The notes beneath the pieces were generated by a model. That model saw only the letters and a list, made by a program, of their open reading frames with translations. It searched no databases and was not told where the DNA came from. DNA of 64,000 nucleotides. Origin: Nannocystis pusilla. Its GTDB lineage: Bacteria > Myxococcota_A > Polyangia > Nannocystales > Nannocystaceae. Position 1 is the stretch's first letter, and the number at the start of each line of letters is the position of its first letter. This document shows, one piece after another, positions 52,894 to 63,351 of the stretch. A program made the position numbers and the translations under genes. The stretch covers positions 1,357,204 through 1,421,203 of the forward strand of contig NZ_JAPNKE010000002.1 in the NCBI RefSeq assembly GCF_026626665.1, in the 5' to 3' direction.

Positions 52894-53481
52894 TCACGCG
52901 GTCGCGCCGATCGTGCGGGCGAGCGCGGGCGAGAGCGGGTAGGGCTTCTCGGGCGGCAGGAGGGCTTTGGCCCGCGCTTCGTGGCCGCTCTTGAGGTGGC
53001 CGTGGATCTTGCGCACGAGCGGGGTGAGGTCGGTGATGTCGACGGTCCACGCGTCGGCGAAGCGATCGATGACGTGGCGCGAGAGGCCGACCTGGATGCT
53101 GCCCTGCTGCAGGTCGGCGCCGCGGAGCGAGCGCTCGGGGTCCCACTGGATGTGGACGGCGGCGGCGGCGAACCGTTCGCGCCACTCGTCGGGGTCGCGA
53201 TGAAGCCGCGGATCGTGGCTGGTGAGCACGCCGGCGGCGAGCGCCTCCTCCCAGCCGGCGCGGGAGATCCGTACGGCCAGGACGTGCTCCTGGCCGGATT
53301 TCCGCGCCCAGTTGCTGCGCTCCATCAGCCACAAGAACGAGGGCTTGATCCACGTCATGCGCGTCCGCGAAAACGGCGGCACGAAGCGCTTGGCGGCCAG
53401 CGCCGGCCGGGCGATCGCGGGGCCGTACGCCTGGTAGACGACGATCGTGCGGGCGTCGAAGTCGGCGCGGATCTGGTTCAT
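52894..53481 (-). CDS. DUF4291-family protein
   Basis: MNQIRADFDARTIVVYQAYGPAIARPALAAKRFVPPFSRTRMTWIKPSFLWLMERSNW... Confidence 0.6.
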   Translation of the reverse strand: MNQIRADFDARTIVVYQAYGPAIARPALAAKRFVPPFSRTRMTWIKPSFLWLMERSNWARKSGQEHVLAVRISRAGWEEALAAGVLTSHDPRLHRDPDEWRERFAAAAVHIQWDPERSLRGADLQQGSIQVGLSRHVIDRFADAWTVDITDLTPLVRKIHGHLKSGHEARAKALLPPEKPYPLSPALARTIGATA

Positions 53482-53534
53482 GGCGGCCGGCGAGGGTCGC
53501 ACGCCGGGCCGGCCGCTGCCACCGGGGCGGGCGC

Positions 53535-54173
53535 TCAGGAGGCGGGCGGGCCCTGGACGTCGGGGGCGTAGTGCGCGAGCGAGGCCTGCAGCAGGCCGGC
53601 GATCTCGTCGGCGGTGGCGGTGCCCGAGGCGGCCGCGGCGGCGGCCCAGGCGTGCGCGGACTGGCGCGAGAACTCCTGGACCTCGCGCGAGTTGGCGGCG
53701 GCGGCCGGGTCTTCGACGACGTGGCCGCGCAGGTACTGATCGAGGCCGAGCAGGCCGCCGTCCCAGCCGGGGCCGACGAACAGCGAGCCGGCGCCGCTGC
53801 CCGCGAGCTCGATCGGGACGTTGTGCTCGACCTCGAGGTTCGTGGTGTCGCCCTCGCCCGCGGCCAGCCGCACCTCGACGACGCTGGTCTCGCCGCCCCA
53901 GGTCAGCTTCAAGAGGCGCGGGGGATCGCAGCGGAGGATGTCGCCGCCGGCGTTGCCCTTGAGCTGGAACTTGCCGCCCTCGCGCAGGTCGCCGCTGAGC
54001 TGCGCGAACCACCGCTTGACCCGCTCGGGGTCGGTGATGGCCTCCCACACGTCGGCCGGGGTGCTGTCGTAGGTGCGGCGCAGCAGCACCGAGATGCCCT
54101 GGCCGCCGGCGGCGGTGGGCCGGCGGGCGACGTCGCGGTGAATGGCGTCGATCTGGTGGACGATGTCGATCAT
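53535..54173 (-). CDS. SRPBCC-family protein (Aha1/AHSA1-like)
   Basis: ...YDSTPADVWEAITDPERVKRWF... Shares a 4-bp ATGA overlap with the upstream arsR-family gene. Confidence 0.7.
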   Translation of the reverse strand: MIDIVHQIDAIHRDVARRPTAAGGQGISVLLRRTYDSTPADVWEAITDPERVKRWFAQLSGDLREGGKFQLKGNAGGDILRCDPPRLLKLTWGGETSVVEVRLAAGEGDTTNLEVEHNVPIELAGSGAGSLFVGPGWDGGLLGLDQYLRGHVVEDPAAAANSREVQEFSRQSAHAWAAAAAASGTATADEIAGLLQASLAHYAPDVQGPPAS

Positions 54174-54529
54174 GTGTCTTCGCTCTCCGTGGCTTGGGCC
54201 TTCAATCGTCGTTCACGTTTGCCGCGCGCGATCTCGGTGGCCAGCGCGTCCAGGCGCTGCTCCCAATAATGGCGGAATGGCGCGAGCCAATCGTCGACCT
54301 CCTGCAGCCGCTCGGGAGTGACTGCATAGAGGCGACGGGTGCCCTCGGGCCGCACCGTGGCGAATCCGTGGTCCCGCAGGACCCGCAGGTGCTGGGATAC
54401 CGCCGGTTGAGAGATGCCGAATTGGTCCTGGATCACCTTGGTGATGGCGCCCGAGGATTGCTCGCCGTCGGCGAGCAACTCGAGGATCCGGCGCCGCACC
54501 GGGTCGCCCAGGATGTCGAACGCGTGCAC
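54170..54529 (-). CDS. ArsR/SmtB-family transcriptional regulator
   Basis: GTG start. AFDILGDPVRRRILELLADGEQSSGAITKVIQDQFGISQPAVSQHLRVLRDHGF (winged HTH). Confidence 0.75.
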   Translation of the reverse strand: MHAFDILGDPVRRRILELLADGEQSSGAITKVIQDQFGISQPAVSQHLRVLRDHGFATVRPEGTRRLYAVTPERLQEVDDWLAPFRHYWEQRLDALATEIARGKRERRLKAQATESEDT

Positions 54530-54534
54530 TGCGC

Positions 54535-54595
54535 CGGTAAGTATCAAGGTTAGCTTATATAAGTCAACGTTTAAATTGATTCGGGCCTGTGGGCG
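54535..54595 (-). promoter_or_regulatory. AT-rich promoter/operator of the arsR gene: TTGACT-17 bp-GATACT with a near-palindrome TTGACTTATATAAGCTAA
   Basis: Only AT-rich stretch in the region, 10-50 nt upstream of the GTG start. The dyad symmetry is typical of ArsR autoregulatory operators. Confidence 0.45.
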
Positions 54596-54995
54596 AGAAT
54601 AGGCGGCTGGAACGGCAGTGTGCGAAAACGAGCGCGAGCAAAAACGCCCGTATCGAAGGCCGGCGATGGAGGCTCGCGGCTGAGAGGGGGTCGCTCGGCT
54701 CACGCGTGACGGGCAGTCGTCGGCGACCGGGGGCGCCTGGCGAATGCTCGGTGCTCGCGCACGCCAATCGCCGACAGAATGGAGCGTCGGCCGGACGGAG
54801 AGTGACGCTGCATTCGCCGATCTCGGTGTCGCTACATGCATGGCGACGAGCTCGGCAGCCGCGGGACGACGCCTCCGAATCAGCGCACCGCCGAGGCGGG
54901 CGCGTCGCGTGAATGCGCGGCTCGTCCGGCCGAACCCACGCGCTGCGATTCGGGCGAGGCCGGCCGCGCGGGCGCGCGACCGGCGAGGGACAAAT

Positions 54996-57097
54996 TCACT
55001 TCGCGGGCGCGGCCCGGCGGGCGAACTCGAGGTCGAGGCGGACGCGGCCGCCGACGACGTCGGCGGCGAGGCGGAAGCCGCGGCCGGTGAGCCACGACTG
55101 CAAGAAGCCGGCGTCGCGCGGGCCGTCGTCGAAGCTGCCGATCAGGCGCCACAGGTCGGGCAGCTCGCCGTAGAACGCGGGGTTCGTCTCCTTGTCGCGC
55201 TCGACGTCGGCGAGCAGCCACTTGAGGCGGTCCTGGCCGTCGGCGGCGGCGATCCAGCCGAACTCGACGTCCTTGTCGCCGAGGCGCACGGTGCCGGGGT
55301 CGGTGACGAGGTAGACCTGCACCGGGGCCTCGGCCTCGGACAGCCCGGCCGCCTCCACCTTGGCGTCGACGCCGGTGACCGTGACCGGCGAGAAGCGCAT
55401 CGACGACAGGCCGACGAGCGAGCGGAACAACGCGAGGTCCTGGCCCTGCACGCGCGAGTAGGCGACGTAGTCGGTCTGCACGCCGCGGTCGCCGATCTGC
55501 AGGCTGCGCAGGCTGCCGCCGAAGCCCTCGACGCGGCCGAGGATGTCGAGCACGGTGCGGATGATGCCGGCCTCCATGCCCTTCTGCTCGCGACCCCAGC
55601 GCTCGATCATGCCGAGCGCGCTCGGCCAGGTCTCGAGCATGAGGACGGCCGGGCCGAAGTCGCCGGCGTTCTCGATCGCCTCGCTGAAGGCCCGCTCGTC
55701 GCGGCCGTAGAGGCCGATCGCCAGCTCGCCGAGGCCGGCCAGCGGCGGCAGGCCGAGCTGCGCCAGCAGGCCAGGGCGCCGTCGCACAGGCCGGCGAGGC
55801 TGGGCACGCCGACGCCGGCGGCGGCGCGCGAGAATGTCTTTTCGGCCAGGTCGGCGGCGGCGGGGTCGGCTGGCTCCCAGGACATGGTCATCTGGACAGT
55901 CTCGGGATCGACCGCGGCCTCGAGGCGCACGCCGGAGAACAGCCGCCTCGTCTCGCGCAGCTGCTCGAGCGCGGCCCGCTGCCCGAGCGCCCGCGAGACT
56001 TTCTCCGCCCGCTGCCCGGGCTCGTACCAGCGCAGGTCGCGGACGGTGTCGGCGATCTCGTAGACCTCGGACACCGCGGGCAGGGCGGCGGCGTCGGCGT
56101 AGGCCGCGAAGTCGCCGCGCAGGGTCGCCAGCACCGGCAGCTTGGCGGGGCCGGCCGCGAGGCCGTTGGTGACGGTGGTGACGCGATCGGGGTCCCACGC
56201 CGCGCCGGTGCCGGCGGGGAAGAAGAACAGGTCGAGGACGACCGCGGCGGCCTCCTTGCGCGCGACCAGCAGGGCGCCGGCGTCGCCGAAGCAGAACTCG
56301 CTCGGGCCGATCTGGCCGCACAGGGTCGCGATCTCCGGCGGCCGCTCCTTGTGGACCATCCGCGTCAGCAGGGCCGGCAGGGCGGAGGGATCCTTGGCGG
56401 GCAGGTGGACGCGGTTGTGGAAGGCGAGGCTACCTGCCCCTCGGGCCATGGCCTCCTGGTCAGGTGACGGGGCGTCGGGCGGCGGCGGCTTCCACGGCTC
56501 GGGGATCGGCGTGACCGGCTGGACCGGCGCCGAGTCCAAATAAGGCTGCGGCGGGCTCGGCGGGGCCGGCGGCGCGGGCGGCGGCCGCACCGGGCGCGGG
56601 GACGGCCAGGGGGCGACGTCCGCCGGCGTGGTCGCGGCCGCGGGGAACGGGTTCGGCAGGTCCGGCGCGCTGCCGATCCGCTGCAGGGCCTCGCGCACGC
56701 CGGGCATGGTGACGGCGATCGGCCGCGCGATCGTGACTGTGACGTGGGCGTCGGGGTCGAGGCCGAGGCGGGCGGCGACGTCGTCGACGCGCGGGTCGAA
56801 GCCGAGGTCGACGCCGGCGCGGGAGACCTCGCGCGCGGTGTCCGGATCCAGCGGCAGCGACTGCAGGTACTTCTGGATCGCACCTGGCTTCAAGGCCATG
56901 TAGACGAAACCACCGGCGACGTACCCCGGGCCCTGGCCGACGGTCGCGCGCTCGAGCGGCGGCATGCGGGCGTGGATCGCCCGCAGCGCGGGATCGGTGG
57001 GGTCGTCGGGGGCCCCGGCGCCGCCGCGGCCGCAGGCGAGGGCGAGGACGGCGGCGAGACCGAGGCCGAGGCGAGGACGCGCGAAGGCGTGAGGCAT
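54996..57097 (-). CDS. Large hypothetical lipoprotein (~700 aa) with Pro-rich segment; frameshift near 55770 in a C-run
   Basis: MPHAFARPRLGLGLAAVLALAC lipobox (frame of ORF 55607..57097). It continues as ...LAGLGELAIGLYGRDERAF... in the frame of ORF 54996..56321. Confidence 0.5.
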
Positions 57098-57267
57098 CGG
57101 CCGAGGATACGCCGAGCGCCCGGCGGCAAACAGCCCTCGCCCTGGGACCGTCGATTCGTCGCACCCGCGGCGACGCGCGAGCGAGCCGCGAGCGCTCGAA
57201 AACGGTCGCGGCCGCGCCGTCCAGGCGACGATGCGGACGGAGCGGCCGGGTCACGCGAGCGCGCGAG

Positions 57268-57840
57268 CTATTTGGCGCACCAGATCTCGTACTCGACGAG
57301 CATGCCCGGGATCGCCAGGGCGTCGACGATCCGCAGGGTTCCGGCCGCCGGCTTGATGTTCACGGGGGCGAAGTAGTCGGCGAACAGGCCGAGGATCGCG
57401 TTGAACTCGCCGTCGGTGACGTCGGTCGTCATCGTGAATTCGATGCGGATGATGTCCTTGCGGTCGTAGCCGGCGTCGTCGAGATATTCGTCGAAGTGGT
57501 CGAGGATGTACTGCGTCTGCCCGACGGCGTCGCCGGGGAACATGATCTGACCGTTCGAGTCGTGCGCGCCGTGGCCGGCGATGAGGAACAGCTCGTCGAT
57601 GTTCCGCAGCTTGAGGCCCCAATTGAAGATAGCCCCGAAGTCGGGCGCCTCCGGGTTCGGCACCGCGATCTTCTTGAAGTCGCCGTTATTGTTATTACCG
57701 TTGCCGTTGCCGTTGCCGTGACCCCAGCCGTTGCCGTTGCCGTTACCGTGACCCCAGCCGTTACCCGATACTACTTGAGGCGCCGCGATCGACATCGAGA
57801 GCGCGAGGAGAATCGTCGAAATGAATACTGGCCGCTGCAT
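57268..57840 (-). CDS. RidA/YjgF-family protein with N-terminal signal peptide and a (GNG)n/GNGWGHG repeat
   Basis: MQRPVFISTILLALSMSIAAP; GNGWGHGNGNGNGWGHGNGNGNGNNNNG; RidA core ...IRIEFTMTTD...IPGMLVEYEIWCAK. GC is lower than in surrounding DNA. Confidence 0.65.
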   Translation of the reverse strand: MQRPVFISTILLALSMSIAAPQVVSGNGWGHGNGNGNGWGHGNGNGNGNNNNGDFKKIAVPNPEAPDFGAIFNWGLKLRNIDELFLIAGHGAHDSNGQIMFPGDAVGQTQYILDHFDEYLDDAGYDRKDIIRIEFTMTTDVTDGEFNAILGLFADYFAPVNIKPAAGTLRIVDALAIPGMLVEYEIWCAK

Positions 57841-58353
57841 CCCACACCTCCAACCAGGACACGTTACGGCGCCGGTGATACTCGTGTCAATCGCCGTCGA
57901 TGCGCATGCATCAACTTTGGGGCAGCGCCGCGTACCTTGCTTCACTTCACCCACGGCGGCTGACAGGTGGTTTCGGGCGCAGGCCGGGTTCATGGCGCAT
58001 CTGTCGGCGCGCCGAGGATTCACCTATGATCATTGTTTCGCGGGGCGGCAGATGCCGGCCCGCGCGGCTCACTCTCGGGCCGGGCCTGTCCACAGCCGCG
58101 TGCGACGAATCGCGGGCGAGGGCGCGCCCCACAATGTATATAGTGCGAGCGCTCGTCGGCGAATCCGGGGGCGCGCAAATGTCAATCGAGGACGTCGCAC
58201 CGCGTGGGTCGTGACGCCCCTCGTCGATGGCGGTCGACCCCGCGCGCGGTCACCTGTCCGGCGCCCTCGGCCGTGGCGGAAGAGACATGTTTTCAGCGCT
58301 TCCGCGCGGCCCGGACGACCCCGGACGCGGCCGTCCGGATATGCTCGCCTGCG

Positions 58354-58641
58354 ATGTACTTCGTGCTCCGCTACGAACTCGTCGACGATTACCTCGAACG
58401 CCGTACGCCGCTGCGGCCCGAACACCTGGCGCTGGCCCGCGCGGCCGTCGAGCGCGGCGAGCTGCGGCTCGGCGGCGCGCTGGCCGAGCCGGCCGACGAA
58501 GCCCTGCTGGTGTTCCGCGGGCCCGACCCGTCCGCCGCGGAGGCGTTCGCCCACGCCGATCCTTACGTCCGGGAAGGGCTGGTCCGCCGCTGGACCGTGA
58601 GGCCCTGGACGGTCGTGATCGGGGCCGACTTCGCGGGCTGA
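58354..58641 (+). CDS. YciI-family protein
   Basis: MYFVLRYELVDDYLERRTPLRPEHLALARAAVERGELRLGGAL... Confidence 0.7.
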   Translation: MYFVLRYELVDDYLERRTPLRPEHLALARAAVERGELRLGGALAEPADEALLVFRGPDPSAAEAFAHADPYVREGLVRRWTVRPWTVVIGADFAG

Positions 58642-59335
58642 AGACCGGCGAGCGCGGCGAGGCCAGGGCCCTGCGAGGTTGGCCGCCCGGCGGCGGCCTG
58701 AGCTGCTCTGCTCGGTTGCCAGGGGCGATGCGGCGCGTGCGTCGCGGCGCTCCGGCTCGTGGTGGCGGCGCTGGGGCTCGCTCCGGGACGACGCTGCAGC
58801 CCTGCAGACGCCGTCGTGAGGACGGGCCTCACGAAGATGCCTGGTCGATCGGACAGGCCCTCGAACGAGGCGGCGGTCGGCGCACTTCGAGGTGAGCGCC
58901 GACTGGGCCCCGCGGCGACCGCAGACGGAGGGCCGTCGCGGCGCTTCGAGGCAGGCGTCGCCTCGGTCCGCGGCGCACGGAGACGGGAAAGCTGGGCGGT
59001 GCGTCGAGGCGGACGTCGTCGTGGTCCGCGGCGCCCGGCGCGAGGGCCGTGCAGCGCATCGAGGTCGTACCGGCCCGTGGCGATGCGTCCGGTGCTTCGA
59101 CGGTGAATCCAGTGAGCTCTCCCTGTCCCAGGTCATGACGGGTCGAGGCAGACGTCGCCGCGGTCCGCGGTGAGGCGCGGAGCAATGGCCGCACGCGACA
59201 TGACCGAAGGGACAGCCTCTCGCGCACGCAGCCGGGGGCTGCACGTTTTTGCAGGGGCGACGGACGAGCCGACCCCCGGCGAGGGTCGATGGGCGCTTGA
59301 CAAACATGCTTTCCATCGTGGAAAGAATACGCGTC

Positions 59336-60445
59336 ATGTCCGAAAGCGAGCCGAACCGGGTGCGGGCGGTGCGAGAGGCCCGTGGTCTGTCGCAGAGCGA
59401 GCTCGCGGCGGCGGCCAGCCTGTCGCGGCAGAGCGTGGGGGCGATCGAGGCCGGGCGGGCGACGCCCGCGGTCGACGTGGCGCTGCGGCTGGCGCGGGCG
59501 CTGGATTGTCGGGTCGAGGAGCTGTTCGCGCTCGCGGACGCGGAGCTGCGCGTCGAAGCCGAGCCGGTCGGGCCGGTGCAGGCCGGTCGGGTCGCGCTGG
59601 CCCACCTCGGCGGGCGCTGGGTGACGTATCCGCTGGCGGGCGAGGCGATGCGGCTGGCGGCCGACGCGATCGTGGCGGAGCCGCCGAAGCGACGCGGGCG
59701 GGTCCAGGTCGAGCTGGTGCGGCCGCGGGCCGAGGCGCAGGACAACCTGATCGTCATGGGCTGCGCGGCGGCGCTGGGGGTGCTGGCCGATCGCCTGAGC
59801 GGGCGCGCGGGGGCGGGGCGGGTGATGTGGCTGCCGCGCTCGAGCACGCAGGCGCTGGCGGCGTTGGCGGCCGAGCACACGCACGTGGCCGGGGTGCACC
59901 TGATCGACGGGCGCACCGGCGAGGCCAACGTGCCCGACGTCCGCAAGCACGCGGCCGGGGCGATCGTGCTGATCACTCTGGCGCGGTGGGAGGCGGGGCT
60001 GCTGCTGGCGCCCGGTAATCCGCGGAAGATCCGCGGCGCGGCCGACCTCGGGCGCCGGGGATTGCGGCTGGTCGCGCGCGAGACCGGCTCGGGCTCGCGG
60101 CGGCTGCTCGAGCGCGAGCTCTTGCGCGCGGGCCTGTCGGCGGCGCTGGCCGGGGCGGCGCCGGTGCGGGCGAGCGGTCACCTCGAGGTGGCGCAGGCGA
60201 TCGCCAGCGGGGCGGGCGAGGTCGGCGTGGCCACGCGCGACGCCGCGATCGCGTTCGGCCTCGAGTTCGTGCCGCTGGCCGAGGAGCGCTACGACCTGGC
60301 GATCCCGCGGGCCCTGCTGGCCGACCCGCGGCTGGAACGATTCCTCGACGCGATGACCTCGGCGGCGTTCCGCCGCGAGCTGTCGTCGCTCGGCTACGAC
60401 GTGCGCGGCTGCGGCGACCGCGTGGCGGAGCTCGACGCCGCCTGA
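59336..60445 (+). CDS. XRE-family HTH transcriptional regulator fused to a periplasmic-binding-protein-like domain
   Basis: VRAVREARGLSQSELAAAASLSRQSVGAIEAGRATPAVDVALRLARAL HTH, then a type 2 PBP-like fold. Confidence 0.7.
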   Translation: MSESEPNRVRAVREARGLSQSELAAAASLSRQSVGAIEAGRATPAVDVALRLARALDCRVEELFALADAELRVEAEPVGPVQAGRVALAHLGGRWVTYPLAGEAMRLAADAIVAEPPKRRGRVQVELVRPRAEAQDNLIVMGCAAALGVLADRLSGRAGAGRVMWLPRSSTQALAALAAEHTHVAGVHLIDGRTGEANVPDVRKHAAGAIVLITLARWEAGLLLAPGNPRKIRGAADLGRRGLRLVARETGSGSRRLLERELLRAGLSAALAGAAPVRASGHLEVAQAIASGAGEVGVATRDAAIAFGLEFVPLAEERYDLAIPRALLADPRLERFLDAMTSAAFRRELSSLGYDVRGCGDRVAELDAA

Positions 60446-60459
60446 CCTTGGAGCAGATC

Positions 60460-61446
60460 ATGAAGACACGCGTGTGGACGATGACTGCGGCGCTGGCGGC
60501 CTGTGTGCCGCAGGCCGCGACGACCGCGACCGAGAGCGAGGCGGGTACGGACGCCACGCGGGCCGCGAGCGAGGCGACCGCCGACGCGCCGACGACGGAC
60601 GCGACGACCGGGGCGCCGGCGCAGTGCGAGACGTTCCCGACGTACCGCATCGACGTGCAGGCCGAGCCCAACGGGCTCTACTACCGTGTCGACGAGCAGA
60701 AGCTGTACATCGCCGACGACGACAACAACCGCGTGCTGGTGCGCGACGAGGACGGGGCGACGGAGGTGTTCGCGGAGATCCCGAACCCCTCCGGCGATCC
60801 CGGCTCCGACGGCCTCGGCGACCTCGACTTCGCCGCCGACGGCACGCTCTACCTGCCGCGCTTCGGCTTCGGGATGCCCGGGCTGGGGGCGATCTTCCGC
60901 CTCGGGCCCGACGGCGAGGCAGAGGCGCTCGCGGGCGTCGACGACGAGTGGCGCCGCGTCGGCCTCGACTACGACGACGCGCGCGGGCTGCTCTACGTGG
61001 CCACGTATTCGCGCGACGCCGACGACGTGTACACCGGCTGGATCGCCAGCGTCGATCCGGTCGCCGGCGTCGAGACGATGATCGTCGGCGGCCTCAGCAA
61101 GCCGGTCGGGATCGCGGTGCTCGGCGACACCCTGTTCGTCGGCGACCAGTCACAGCGGCAATTGTTCAAACTCGATCTGAAGGCCGCGGCGCCGGCGTTG
61201 ACGCTGGTGTCGGACGAGTTCGAGTCGCTCGACCTGATGGAGACGACGCCCGACGGGGCACTGCTGGTGCTGTCGTACGACACCGCCAACAGCACCGGCC
61301 GCGTCTATCGCGTGACCGGGGACGGGACGATCTCGACGGTCGCGGAGGGCGACTGGGAGCCGCGCGGGATCGCCTTCGACGGGGTCAGCCGGATCTTCGT
61401 GTCCGCCCGCGACACCCAGCAGATCGTGGTCATGCCGGCCTGTTGA
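60460..61446 (+). CDS. Beta-propeller lipoprotein (NHL/SMP-30/strictosidine-synthase-like)
   Basis: MKTRVWTMTAALAAC lipobox; repeated ...LYIADDDNNRVLV..., ...LLYVATYS..., ...TLFVGDQSQRQLFKLD... blades. Confidence 0.6.
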   Translation: MKTRVWTMTAALAACVPQAATTATESEAGTDATRAASEATADAPTTDATTGAPAQCETFPTYRIDVQAEPNGLYYRVDEQKLYIADDDNNRVLVRDEDGATEVFAEIPNPSGDPGSDGLGDLDFAADGTLYLPRFGFGMPGLGAIFRLGPDGEAEALAGVDDEWRRVGLDYDDARGLLYVATYSRDADDVYTGWIASVDPVAGVETMIVGGLSKPVGIAVLGDTLFVGDQSQRQLFKLDLKAAAPALTLVSDEFESLDLMETTPDGALLVLSYDTANSTGRVYRVTGDGTISTVAEGDWEPRGIAFDGVSRIFVSARDTQQIVVMPAC

Positions 61447-61452
61447 GCGCCC

Positions 61453-62823
61453 GTGGACGCGACGACCTTCATCCTCGCCGCGGCGCTGGGGGCCGCCCCG
61501 GCCGACGAGATCACCAGCGTCCCGGTGCCCGAGAGCCGCGAGGCGGCGCCGCGGGTGCCGGCGGCGGCCGGCGGCGGCAGTGCCCCGGAGGACATGTCTG
61601 AAGCGACAGGTCCTCGGGGGCCTGTCGTCGAGACCACCTCGACCGCCGTGCAGGGGACGGGCGAACCTGGCGGCGCCGTCCCGGCGGGTCCCGTCCCGGC
61701 GGGCCCTGTCGCGCCGACGGGCGCTCCCGCCCGGGATGCCTCGAAGGACATGCCCTCGGGGACAGCCAGGCCGCCGCTGCGCGAGCGGCTGCAGTTCTTC
61801 CCGTACGGGTGGATCCGCACCGACGCGACCGGGTACTCGGCGCCGCGCGAGGGCTACAGCAACATCAGCCTGGCGGGGGCGCGGATCGGCGGCGGGGTCC
61901 AGATCGGGCCGGTCACCGCGTTCGTGACGATCGAGGCGGCGCAGGCCAAGGGGCCGCAGCTGTTCGACGCGTTCATCGCCTGGGCCGCGGCGCCGCGGCT
62001 GCGGCTGCGCGCCGGCCAGTTCAAGGCGCCGTTCGGCCTGCGCTTCAACGCGCCCGACCTGGTCGACGAGCTGCCGCGCGCGCCGCTGTCGATGCTGGCG
62101 GCCACGCCCGGGCGACAGGTCGGGCTCGAGGTGGCCTACGACTTCTGGCGCTGGGCCGAGGTCACCGCCGCGGTGTTCTCCGGCATCGGCCAGAACCGCG
62201 AGGCCAACAACACCAAGATCGCGTTCGCCGGCAAGGTGCAGCTGAGTCCGCTGGCGTTCCTGCGGCGCGGCCCGCAGCTCCTGCTGGTCGCGTCGGTGTT
62301 CGCCTACCACAAGACCAACGGCTTCACGCCGACGGTGACCACCGCGTTCGCCTTCGACTTCTTCCACGGCCTGCCGAGCACGGGCGCGTCGCGCCGCTTC
62401 ACCGCCGGCGGCGGGCTGTTCTGGCGCTTCCTCTCGGCCCGCGGCGAGTTCTTCTACACCTACGACTCGCGCGAGCGCGACACCGACGGCGACCCCTTCA
62501 CGCCCGGCGACCCGCTGCCCCAGCTGATCGGCGCCGGCGGTTACGCCCAGGTCGGCGCGGTGGTGACGGGCCAGGACAAGGACCCGGCGACGCTGCTGCC
62601 GCGGCTGGCGAGCCGCCGCGTGCGCGACAGCGCGGTCGAGCTGTCGGCCCGCTTCGAGCGCTTCCGCGTCGGCGCCCGCGACGTGGTCGGCAACGGCATC
62701 ACCGCGACGTCGGCCGGCGTGAACTGGGTGCTGCTGCAGCACCTGCGGGTGTTCGCGGCGGTGAACTGGCAGCGCCTGGAGACCGCGATCCCCGAGATCC
62801 CCGCGCCACCTCGTGGGGCGTGA
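61453..62823 (+). CDS. Phosphate-selective porin O/P-like outer-membrane protein; start uncertain
   Basis: Beta-barrel-like C-terminal region (...FKAPFGLRFNAPDLVDEL...GVNWVLLQHLRVFAAVNWQRL). Starting at 61453 gives a signal-like MDATTFILAAALGAAPA, but dyad-motif copies lie at 61590-61760. The alternative start is 61748. Confidence 0.5.
   Translation: MDATTFILAAALGAAPADEITSVPVPESREAAPRVPAAAGGGSAPEDMSEATGPRGPVVETTSTAVQGTGEPGGAVPAGPVPAGPVAPTGAPARDASKDMPSGTARPPLRERLQFFPYGWIRTDATGYSAPREGYSNISLAGARIGGGVQIGPVTAFVTIEAAQAKGPQLFDAFIAWAAAPRLRLRAGQFKAPFGLRFNAPDLVDELPRAPLSMLAATPGRQVGLEVAYDFWRWAEVTAAVFSGIGQNREANNTKIAFAGKVQLSPLAFLRRGPQLLLVASVFAYHKTNGFTPTVTTAFAFDFFHGLPSTGASRRFTAGGGLFWRFLSARGEFFYTYDSRERDTDGDPFTPGDPLPQLIGAGGYAQVGAVVTGQDKDPATLLPRLASRRVRDSAVELSARFERFRVGARDVVGNGITATSAGVNWVLLQHLRVFAAVNWQRLETAIPEIPAPPRGA
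61590..61760. repeat. Dyad-motif copies (GGAGGACATGTCTGAAGCGACAGGTCC ... GAAGGACATGCCCTCGGGGACAG)
   Basis: Same CATGTCC/GGACA(G/T)G half-sites seen at the other loci. Confidence 0.5.
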
Positions 62824-62869
62824 CCGGCGGTATCGCCGGCTTCTTCCTCGGCCGCGCCGGGCGCGGCGA

Positions 62870-63060
62870 TTGACGTGTCCGAAGGGGCATGTTCATCAGG
62901 ACAGGATTGGGCGTCGCGGGCGAATTCGTCGGCGTCGCGCGGGCGTCACGGCGGGGCGACGCGTGGTGCGAGGTCGACCTGTCCGTGAGGCCATGTCGCT
63001 CCTCTCCCGGAGATCGGGGGGACATGGTCTTCAAAGCATGTCCGGAAGTGCATGCGTGAG
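62870..63060. repeat. Dyad-motif cluster in the intergenic region (GACGTGTCCGAAGGGGCATGTTCATCAGGACAGG ... GGGGACATGGTCTTCAAAGCATGTCCGGAAGTGCATGC)
   Basis: Three or more half-site pairs. Confidence 0.55.
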
Positions 63061-63351
63061 GCAATTGTCGCGCCACGGACCCTGAGATCGGGCGGCGCTC
63101 CGCGGGCCTCCGCCTGCATGCGCGGCGTCCGTGCGGCCCCGATGCGGGGATGTCCGGGAGGACAGGTTGTGCCGCGGTTGCGAAGACGCGCGGGGACGCC
63201 CGAGTGGGCGCTGAAGGGCGCTTCGGGCCGCCCGCGGGCGCGCACCTGCGTTCGCCGAACAGCCCGCGGGACTCGCCCAGGCGCGCTCCCGGGCCTTTCG
63301 GGGCGGCCGGCGCGGCGTGTTACGCGGCCGACATGGTGTACCCTGCCGGGC

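Noticed and set aside
58069-60181. ORFs 58069..59976(-) (635 aa) and 58829..60181(-) (450 aa)
   Set aside because: Their composition is Arg/Ala/Ser/Pro-rich with no recognisable motifs. They run antisense to the YciI and XRE-PBP genes, which do have clear motifs.
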